Below, in pieces: positions 54,106 through 64,000 of a DNA stretch of 64,000 bases; position 1 is the first letter of the stretch; the number at the start of each line of letters is the position of its first letter. Source of the stretch: Octopus vulgaris (taxonomy: Eukaryota); NCBI GenBank assembly GCA_951406725.2, contig OX597814.1, positions 211,668,001 to 211,732,000 of the forward strand, given 5' to 3'. Both the position numbers and the translations under genes were made by a program. A model generated the notes under the pieces. That model made no database searches, was not told where the DNA came from, and saw only the letters and a program-made list of their open reading frames with translations.

Positions 54106-55071
54106 TTAACAGCAGGAATAAAAATAAGGAGAATAGAATACTTGAAATCTTAGCCACCACAAGAAAATATGAAAACGACAGAATTCCCTGACCAATAAAA
54201 AAGCAGCAACCCTACAAACAATAACATTAGAAAAGTCGTTCTATTAAGTGGCTGCTGAGGACAAAAGACAACAAAATCTAATTCAGTTTATGTATTCGAA
54301 AATGTGAGAGTATTTCAGATAATGTGGATATACGTAAACCTGGAAAAATCAGCCTCATTTAGAACTGATGCTTTCGATGTTGTCTGCAATAAAGCTAACT
54401 TACTTTTAATGAGCAAAGTCAAGCAAAAGAAAAGTAATCCATTTTTGATGCACGATGGTGAATTCTGTCATCATTTCAATTCTAAGAATCTTACATATAA
54501 ATGTTTCTCGTCTCTGGCAATTTGACAATAACTCTTCATTGTGTAATACGCAATATGTAATATGTAGCTAATAACCATTTTATTAAAATGAAACTTAATT
54601 ACAATGGGATAACTCACCATCCTATATACAAACAATTACTATTTTTTGTTGTTTGTTTTCTTACACCAGCAATATGTAATACACATAAATGAATTTCATT
54701 ACATGCTGTTACACACGAATACCCGTGGACTTCTATAGGTCGGTTATTCAGTCCAGAGAATATACGTATATTTCTGTATTAATTTTAAGGTCATGCAATG
54801 AAACGTATGTTCTTCTCTTTCCAAAGTTTTATTGTAGAAAATCAATAAGATAGCCGTGTCACATTAATATAGCAAATTATGGAAAACTTGTGTAGTTTTA
54901 TTAACATTATTATTTGATAGGGCAAGTAATTGAAGCAGTAACACATTCGTATATGTGGCAATAGGCGTAGTCTGGCATGGGACGTTGCTTTATTTCCTAT
55001 TGAGTCAGAAAAGTATTTGGCTGATGGAAACAGAGAGAAGCCCGTTGTAAATATTATCTATCTATCTATGC

Positions 55072-55102
<31 letters not shown>

Positions 55103-55224
55103 TAGATAGATAGATACATACATACATAAACATATATATATATATATAATATAATATATATATATATATAATATGATATATATATATATATATGTGTGTG
55201 TATATACAGGGTGGTGTATATATA

Positions 55225-56104
55225 CAAGGTGCGGTGAATATATTGTCGTCTAATTTACGCAAAATTGAAATTAACACTGTCATCTCATTTTAACAGATAA
55301 ATTATAAATTTACCAAAATTACATAAAAAATATCTTCAAATACTAAAGAGTAAATTTATTCAATAAAATCGCCATTGGCTTCAACCACGTCCTCCAGGCC
55401 ACTTCGGAATTTTCTGAAACTCTTCTGGATGCTCTTCTTGTTTAAATTCGTGAATGCTGACGTAATCCTTGCTTTCAGTTCATATTTGATAATATAAGGA
55501 ATTTTGTTGGTTTCCCGCTCAACTGGGCTCCACACATAATAAACAAGGGGGTTGCTGTTTGGAGAGTTAGGTAGTCAGATGTCAAGGCTGAAGTGGTCGT
55601 AGAAATTGTCTGACAGTCATGACTGGGAACTCCTGTTTGTGTGGCCAGACAAAGGGTGTTCCAACAGCCACCTTCTTGATCTAGGGCAGCACTACATCCT
55701 TTCGGCACTTGATGTGCGCCTCCGGGTTGATTCTGACGCCGTGTGTGAAAATGAATGGAGGCATAACGTCACTATTACTAGTGATCACTCCAAACAGCAT
55801 AATATTGAAAGGATGTTCGATTGTTATCACTCTACGTACATGTTTTGAGGACACAGTGAGCTTACCGTTGTTCTGTCTGTTGAGCATCTTTTCGTATTGG
55901 AGCTTCCTGTGCGAAAGCCAAGCAGTAAAATATGTTTCCAAATTTTATGGCAGAGTGAATTTCGTCACAGTGTTCTCTTTCTCACAGTCGGTGCCCAACT
56001 CCCCCTACTCTAGTGTGTAGTCTACAAAATGAAAAACAAACATTGCGCAAGCGCGAAATTAAAAATATAAAAATATATGATGACAATCTATCAATCGTAT
56101 CCTG
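55225..56104 (-). mobile_element. Internally deleted Tc1/mariner-superfamily (DD37D/maT-like) transposon
   Basis: TIRs CAAGGTGCGGTGAATATATTGTCGTC and GATGACAATCTATCAATCGTATCCTG, flanked by TA; peptides MLFGVITSNSDVMPPFIF and NFYDH...PNSPNSNPL..YVW. Confidence 0.75.
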
Positions 56105-56141
56105 TAAATATATATATATATATATATACATATATGCTATA

Positions 56142-56550
56142 GGCGCAGGAGCGTCTGCGTGGTAAGTAGCTTGCTTACCAACCGCATGGTTCTTGGTTCA
56201 GTCCCACTGCGTGGCACCTTGAGCTACTATTTTCTACTATAGCCTCAGGCCGACGTAAGCCTTCTGAGTGGATTTGGTAGATGGACACTGAAGGAAGCCC
56301 GTCGTATATATGTATATGTATATATGTGTGTGTGTGTGTGTTTGTCTGTGTTTGTCCCTCTGCCAACATCGCTTGACAACCTATGGTGCTATGTTTACTT
56401 CCCCGTAACTTAGCGGTGCGGCAAAAGAAGCCGATAGAATATGTACTAAGCTTACAAAGAATAAGTCCTACGGTCGATTTCCTCGAATAAATGCGGTGCT
56501 CCAGCATGGCTGCACTCAGATGACTGAAACAAATAAAAGAGTAAAAGAGT
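56142..56550 (+). mobile_element. SINE family A, full-length, diverged
   Basis: GGCGCAGGAGCG..TGGTAAGTAGCTTGCTTACCAACC head and GAGTAAAAGAGT tail. Confidence 0.88.
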
Positions 56551-57005
56551 ATATATATATATATAAACATATTGTATATTTTTAGGTATGTGCATATCAG
56601 TGTGTGTGAGCGTGTGAGCGCTGGTGTTTTTTTGTGTGTTAGTGTGTGCGTGTGTGTGATCATATTCACATATACTTATATGATTAAACATTTGCCTAGG
56701 CCCAATTCAGCTCATTCGATCGTTTAGTGAACCCCTGACTACACAAGTTGCAAGTGCTCAAACCTCAAAAAGGTGATGTAAATTTATATTTTGGACCTGA
56801 CCATTCCATTTCGACCCAATGATCTCACTAATCCGGCGGACTAGAGTTGAGCAGTAACTTTTTATGTGCTATACACTAGACGTAACCAGCACACCAATTC
56901 TGACGCCTTGGTAACCATGGGCTCATTTCATCTCCAAAATTTTCGTGTCCTTCCTCATCAACCTAGCTTGTAAGTGTTAAGCGGAATAGTATGCAAATAT
57001 ACAAC

Positions 57006-57236
57006 GGCGGCGAGCTGACAGAGCCGTTAGCACGCCGGGCGAAATGCGTAGCCGTATTTCGTCTGCCTACGTTCTGAGTTCAAATTTCGCCTAGGTCGAC
57101 TTTGTCTATCATCCTTTCGGGGTCGATAAATTGAGTACTAGTTACGCACTGGAGTCGATATGATCGACTTAATTCATTTGTCTGTCCTTGTTCGTCCTCT
57201 CTGTGTTTAGCTCCTTATGGGTAGTAAAGAAATAGG
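57006..57236 (+). mobile_element. SINE family B, full-length
   Basis: GGCGGCGAGCTGACAG head through GGGTAGTAAAGAAATAG; flanking duplication GTATGCAAATATA. Confidence 0.88.
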
Positions 57237-57359
57237 TATGCAAATATATGCACGTCATACTGCTACACCTATTACTTTTTCTTCCCTCACCCGTAATAAA
57301 TCCAAACAGTACTACCGTCTCCTCAGCACTTCGTCTTTTAGACATTCCCATTAACTTAG

Positions 57360-58080
57360 AAAGTTAGCTTCTCGGTAGCATGAATAACGGTCTTCCACAA
57401 GATTTTGTCGGTGGCTGCACTACTCGCCATCATAGCACTTGTGAATTCCCATAAATACGCGAACCGTTCTTCAAACTCAATTACTTCTTGTTAACTGTTG
57501 ATATCACTCACTATATCTCAAATATGATTATGGATAACCTCTATGCCAAACTTTTATTTTTTTTCCCTTTGACGTACAAATCATAAGTTATGTTATGAAC
57601 TTAATCTCAATCACTAAATCGATTTTATGGACATTTTCTTCGCTTGAGAATCAATCAAATCCACGAACATATTTTTACCAGTTATAAGAGAATTCTGATC
57701 CTCTAATAATCGAAACAGCATTAAATTACAAGAGTTTGACTGAGGGTACTGCAGATGTCAATGTACAAAGATAAAACCTTCCCTGACCGCCAATGCATCT
57801 TCTTTAAGCCCACTGAATCACAATTATATTTCGACTCCATTTATTCTCCTCACCCATACCAAATTCTCCATTCCCTTCATGCGGTTCCTTTGCGTCTGCC
57901 TATCTTGTATTCAAGACCATGATTTTCATACTCAGTCTGAATTCTTGGTTCAATTTTCAAGGCAGCCGATAAGCTTCTATTTTAGTTGCAGTTAACATTG
58001 AACAAACATCCTTTCCAAATGTTATCTACCACTTTTTCAGTTTAGCTATCAAGCATATCATGTGATGCATGTCAATAATT
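57360..58080 (-). pseudogene. RTE-like LINE relic
   Basis: KIG...GEFGMGEEN...IQWA (AP-endonuclease-like) and ATDKILWK (from a terminal A.DR..WR motif). Confidence 0.4.
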
Positions 58081-58154
58081 CTCCAATCCGACCGCACTAA
58101 TTAGGAAGCGTCCGATGCTTCCTAGGGCTAAACAGCGGTGGTGTAATTCCCGTA

Positions 58155-58385
58155 CGGCGAGCTGGCAGAATCGTTAGCACGTTGGGCGAAATGCTTAGCG
58201 GTATTTCGGCTGCCGTTACGTTGTGAGTTCAAATTCCGCCGAGGTCGACTTTGCCTTGCATCCATTCGGGGTCAATAAATTAAGTACCAGTTACGCACTA
58301 GTGTCGATATAATCGACTTAATACCTATGTCTGTCCATGTTTGTCCCCTCTATGTTTAGCCCCTTGTGGGTAATAAAGAAATAAG
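58155..58385 (+). mobile_element. SINE family B inserted in the retrozyme-like repeat
   Basis: Near-identical to the copy at 62445-62675. Confidence 0.9.
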
Positions 58386-58541
58386 TATACAACCACTCTT
58401 CGCTCAGCCACCGCTCATGTCTCTTTGAGACATTTAGAAATTTAATATTTCTGATTACGGTAACCAGTGAATAGATTTCACTGTAAATATATATATATTT
58501 GTGAAGGCTGGACGGGCACCTCAATCAGCAGATCTCACTAT

Positions 58542-58588
58542 CCTGGGCTGATGACGGGTTAAGACCCAGAAACATGCATGTCCTCAGG
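58542..58588 (+). ncRNA. Type I hammerhead ribozyme
   Basis: Stem I CCTGGG/CTCAGG; CTGATGA at 58548-58554; stem II GGGT-TAAG-ACCC; GAAAC at 58569-58573; stem III ACATGCATGT; GTC cleavage triplet at 58580-58582. Confidence 0.85.
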
Positions 58589-59193
58589 TGTGAATCTTGG
58601 CTGGTGTGGGTGCTTGCCTCCCCTTCACAAATATAAGGGCACAGAAAATGTGTCAAAGCCGACAGGAAGCGTTCGATACTTCCTAGGGCTAAACAGCGGT
58701 GTGGCAATTCCCATACGGGACTGTCATGTTAAGTTAATAGTATACAACCACTCTAACCTACCTCTAATTTCTTAAAAAGCGCTATTCATATACAGGCGTA
58801 CTCGTCCAAAAATGCCCCCCCCCCCCTACGAAGAGCCCCTCCTTTCTTCCACACTCGACCTTTCTACTTTAATACCACCAGCTTCGTCAGACACAACCAA
58901 CACATTTGAATATAAGAATTTTCGTTTAAATATTTCTGCTCTCGGGTTCTTCCTTCTTATTTAGTCACAAAACTCAAAACCTATCTATTCAGAATGCATG
59001 GCCAACAGCTACGATCTTCAATAAACGCATGAACTTAATCAAAGTTTGCCTACTATACAAAAAAATATATATATAATATTTTAACTGTATTCGGATTATA
59101 TATAAATATATATACGCAAACATACACAAACATATACATACATATATATATATACACGCAAACACACACACACACACACATATACATACATAC

Positions 59194-59270
<77 letters not shown>

Positions 59271-59284
59271 ATGTATACGCATTC

Positions 59285-61200
59285 TTTGCGTAATGAGATA
59301 AAAAAACAAGGCTGTATAGATATTAGAGCATTTATAAATAGAAGGTCTTACAGCTGTTTCTAGAATATTAATAAATAATACCCCTTCATCGGAGACGGTG
59401 TGAGATGAAAAATTAAGACAGAGTTAGTTTTGATGTGATACAAATAGAGAGTGAGGTGGAGGAAAGAAAATAGATGTAATATGTGTATGTGTATTGAGTT
59501 CGTAAATCCGTTTTATAGGCATAATGGTATATATGTGTAATATTTGAGTAAGATCCAAAAGTCCAATAGAGTTTAACATGAGTCCATCCAGATGTAGAGT
59601 TTATAAGCAATGTAAGATTCCCTTAAAATTGGTCATTCCCAACAGGGAATTTATATATAGCGTAGCAGATTCAAGTTTTGTGTTTAAACTGGCCTAGAAA
59701 TAGGGAGTGGGTTAGTATGGTCAAATTGAAAACAAGAAGAGATGAATGGCAACAACAAAAAAAGGAAAAAAGGGAGGAGATAAAAGAGGAGAGAAAGAAA
59801 GAATTAAAGAGAAAGAAGGAGATTAGTAAAAACAAAGAATAAAATAAAGATAAAGAATAAAACCCATGAAGGTATGAATAAAGGGAATAAGGAAAAGAAA
59901 AAAGAAAAGTTAAGATATAGGTTGGTCAGTGGTCTGTGAAGATAGTTTAAAAGTAGAAGGGGGGATAGAGAGAGAAAGGTATTATTGTATAAATGATAGA
60001 GGAATGGGGGTGTTAAGAGGTAGAGGAAGTACTAAGTGTAGTAGTATCTTTTAATTGTGAGGCAAATATATGAAGAATTAAGAATTAAGCAAATAGCAGA
60101 GTTAATTATTCTGAGAAAGTATTTATGGGAAAATATTTATGTGAAGATGTATATACACGTATATATCAGATAAGTTACAAATACAATCCTCGTGTATCAT
60201 CGTTCCCACATATGCAGTTATCTATAATTTGCATGTGTATAAATGTTTACATAAACTCACATGCATACCCTCACTCGTACATATATACGCGCGCATGGGT
60301 GTGTGCGTGTATATATGTAAATGAAAATATATTTCTTTATTGCCCACAAGGGGCTAAACATAGAGGGGACAAACAAGGACAGACAAAGGGATTAAGTCGA
60401 TTACATCGACTCCAGTGTGTAATTGGTACATAATTTATCGACCTAGAAAAGGATGAAAGGCAAAGTCGACCTCGGCGGGATTTGAACTGAGAACGTAGTG
60501 GCAGACAAAATACCGCTAAGCATTTCGCCCGGCGCGCTAACGTTTCTGCCAGCTCGCCGCCTATGTAAATGAATATAATCAGATGGTTGCATATGTGAGA
60601 AACTAGGGGTTTTATTCTTTATCTTTATTTAATTTTTTGCTTTTACTAATCACCTTTCTGCTTTCTCTTAATTCTTTCTTTCTCTCCTCTATCTCTCCCC
60701 CTTTTTTTTCTTTTTTTTTTTGTTGCCATTTCTCTCTTTTTGTTTTCAATTTGACCATACTAATCCACTCCGTATTTCTAGGCAAGTTTCAACACAAAAC
60801 TTGAATCTGCTACACTATATATAAATTCCCTACTGGGAATGACCAATTTTAAGAGAATCTTACATTGCTTATGAACTCTACATCTGGATGGACTCATATT
60901 AAACTCTGTTGGATTTTGGATCTTACTCAAAGGATATTGGAATATTATACATATATACCATTATGCCTATAAAACAGATTTTCGAACTCAATACCCATAC
61001 ATATCTTACAACTATTTTCTTTCCTCCATCTCACTCTCTATTTGCATCACATCAAAACTATGACTTAATTTTTCATCTCACACCGTCTCCAATGAAGGGA
61101 TATTATTAATTAATATCCTAGAAACAGCTGTAAGGCCTTCTATCTATAAATGCTCTAATATCTATACAACCTTTGTTTTTTTTATCTCATTACGCAAAAA
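59285..61200. mobile_element. Inverted PLE-type terminal repeats (59285-59865 versus 60607-61200), each with a hammerhead motif
   Basis: ~585-bp inverted arms; hammerhead motifs at 59345-59396 (minus, CCGATGA) and 61085-61136 (plus, CCAATGA), both followed by GAAAC-AGCT-GTA. Confidence 0.8.
60330..60561 (-). mobile_element. SINE family B, full-length
   Basis: Reverse complement of the 62445 copy; TSD TATGTAAATGAA. Confidence 0.9.
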
Positions 61201-61339
61201 ATACATATATACACACGTTGACATAGAACCAACGTTGAACCCTTCATTCACAATAATAGCGAATCTGGAACTTAACTATGGTCTGTCTATAGCACATGTT
61301 CAGCATTACCTGACACCTTTGGGTCTCAATTACACCATT

Positions 61340-61613
<274 letters not shown>

Positions 61614-62444
61614 GGCAACCAATATTTATTTTTATATACAGACCTATAATCTTCGTAATTTTGAAAAATCTTTAAATCATTTCTTTTCGCTAATTCTATT
61701 TCTTCACTGCATTTCTGATATTCTTTGATAATTCCTTTTCGCTGCTAATATGTGGACTTTATCGTTATTGAAGCAATTCTATTTTCTTATTAATAAGCTT
61801 TCATTGTGTTCTTTTGTAATATCTGCATTAATAACTATGTCATTATATAAAAAAGAAAAACTTGGGAATTAAGTTAATACAAAACTATTTTGTGTCTCTT
61901 TATTGACTTCAGATTAACACTTAACAAAGGCGTCTCGAAATTTGAAAGAAACCTAAAAGTTTACAGTTTACAAAAGAATGTACGTTGAGTGAACGTTATA
62001 TTAATGTGAAATCCACAATAATAATGTTTGTCTATTTACTGAGATTTGTATTTGCATTATACTTTCTTTTAAAACGCTTGCATTCTCGAAATACATTTAA
62101 AGAATTGTTTTCCTAATTGAAATTGGATTAAGTTTTCAACTATCGTACTTTAGATAAAATCAATTAGAATAGGCGTAGAAAGCATTATTTTGGAGAACTA
62201 TTTATATGTTACAATTATTAATGCTTTAAACGAAATTATCATTATAAATAAGTCATAGTCATTGATGTTTCACAAAGAATAATCTCTAATCGCCATGTTT
62301 ATGTGACGGAACGCTTATTGAAGTACATATTGCATTGGATTATGAGTAAATCAATTAAAATTGTTCCGTTTCGTGACCGATGAACTGTGGTTTTTGAAAA
62401 TGGTATTAGATAGTGTTTGCTTCTATTGAATATATTATTTTTAA

Positions 62445-62675
62445 GGCGGCGAGCTGGCAGAATCATTAGCGCGCCGGGCGAAATGCTTAGCGGTATTTCG
62501 GCTGTCGTTACGTTGTGAGTTCAAATTCCGCCGAGGTCGACTTTGCCTTTCATCCTTTCGGGGTCGATAAATTAAGTACCAGTTACGCACTGGGGTCGAT
62601 GTAATCGACTTAATACCTATGTCTGTCCTTGTTTGTCCCCTCTATGTTTAGCCCCTTGTGGGTAATAAAGAAATA
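62445..62675 (+). mobile_element. SINE family B, full-length young copy
   Basis: A box AGCTGGCAGAATCATTAG, B box GAGTTCAAATTCC, GCCTTTCATCCTTTCGGGGTCGATAAATTAAGTACCAG central domain. Confidence 0.92.
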
Positions 62676-62879
62676 GATATTAAATAGGATTTGCTTCTAT
62701 TGAATTTATTATTTTTAAGGCTGCGAATGGAAAAGAATATACCATTATTGGATATATACAACAGTGCAAGAAATATAGCGTCCCAATTTCTGTTTCAAGA
62801 AGAGCATTCCACAAGTATATAGAACTGATGTTATGCAATTAATATTATTGTCATATTAAATATTCTACATTATACCGAG

Positions 62880-63530
62880 CTTCTGCATTTTATATGAGGA
62901 AATATAATTATATATAAAAGAAAATTCATGTTTGATTTTCCCTTCTTGCACATATGTAATACACTATTTATCAACAGCGTATTTAGACACGCACTAGTGT
63001 AAATCTAATTTATGACATGAGTGCTAACGTAACTCATTGTACCTATTGCCACAGTTTCTTTCCAAATTATTTGGAAATTTAATTTTATACTGATGAGATT
63101 TTGAACGATTCTTTATTTAAATCAGATTGCGTTGCTAAAATCTATTGACTGCCATAAGTTCAAAGTTATTTGCTATTAGTCATACTGAGATTTGTATGCA
63201 TTTTCGATAGCAACGCATTTATATGTTGATGGGTTTCTGTAATGTGGATTGACAAAAGCTACATTAAACCAATTCACATTTAATTTGTCTAGCCAAAGTT
63301 TGAATATTCACCAGAAGATACATTGTTAAGATCAAGAGGTTCGCAGTGAAATTGAATTTTCTCTCAGAAATCGTCTCTCAATATTTTAATGCAACAGAGG
63401 AATATTTATCATCAGTAATATCATAATTGCACTTAATTATATGGTAGTTCGAGCGTAAGTCATTGATTTAAGGTTAGAAAGCAGCATTAAGAGTGGGATG
63501 TTGCAGATTTTGATGAGGTCAAACAATTAG
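62880..63530 (-). pseudogene. Possible decayed rhodopsin-class GPCR (TM3 end to TM7)
   Basis: LFDLIKICNIPL...YARTTI*LSAIMILLMINIPLL; AFVNP...NALLSKM; KSNMNFLLYII, in the correct order across frameshifts. Confidence 0.33.
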
Positions 63531-64000
63531 ATTTCAAAGCTCAGAACCAACTGTTTGTTATATCAGGTTCAACTGAAGATGGTAGAATTTACTAGTATTT
63601 AACTGTAAATAACTTTGTGGACGTAATTCTGCTTACCAACGAAATATTATGCGGTTCGTACCGTATCACTGATGCTGTACTGAAACTGTAGTCAATATAT
63701 GTGAATTCCAAATAGTTACACATTACAATATAATTGGCAATACGGACGGATGGAATTCCCTCAGATCGTACAGAATATTTTCGTTACCGGAAACTTTTAT
63801 AGCGAGATTAAAGATCGTACAGGTTTGCACTGTACATGCTGATGTAGCTCCCATAAACGCAGTATGAGAAAACATGTTCACACAATTTGACTATAAAAAC
63901 ACACCGAACCTGACAGATAGTGCCAGGATATGCAGAGTTCAGTAAACATATAAATATGCAAAATGTATCTGTTGCGAGACATGCTACAGAGAGACAAAAA

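Larger units (their letters stand above)
58103..58754 (+). mobile_element. Retrozyme-like element: ~355-bp monomer with terminal redundancy, interrupted by a SINE
   Basis: AGGAAGCG...CTAGGGCTAAACAGCGGTG occurs at 58103 and 58664; GTATACAACCACTCT at 58385 and 58740; central hammerhead. Confidence 0.75.

Overview
AT-rich, microsatellite- and transposon-saturated eukaryotic DNA. The SINE families and repeat landscape are consistent with an octopus (coleoid cephalopod) genome; this is inferred from recognition, not from a search. No intact host gene is supported, and most ORFs in the track are translated microsatellites. The window contains: at least five tRNA-headed SINE families; four decayed Tc1/mariner elements; several Penelope-like (PLE) relics; Tx1/L1-like and RTE LINE relics; two non-autonomous Helitrons; two foldback elements; and two possible decayed class-A GPCR pseudogenes. 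Three systems stand out. (1) A target-site-specific, non-autonomous retroelement group that inserts at the same nucleotide of the tRNA head of one SINE family: a 2.2-kb ORF1-only copy with a 17-bp TSD at 17335-19559, and a 0.78-kb non-coding relative with the same 3' end at 49090-49864. (2) A ~355-nt, terminally redundant, highly base-paired unit carrying a near-canonical type I hammerhead ribozyme at 58103-58754, i.e. a retrozyme/circRNA candidate. (3) Further hammerhead families, including a tRNA-like head fused to a minimal hammerhead in a PLE 3' end (2363-2620 and 23561-23800). All alignments, translations and base-pairings were done by eye.
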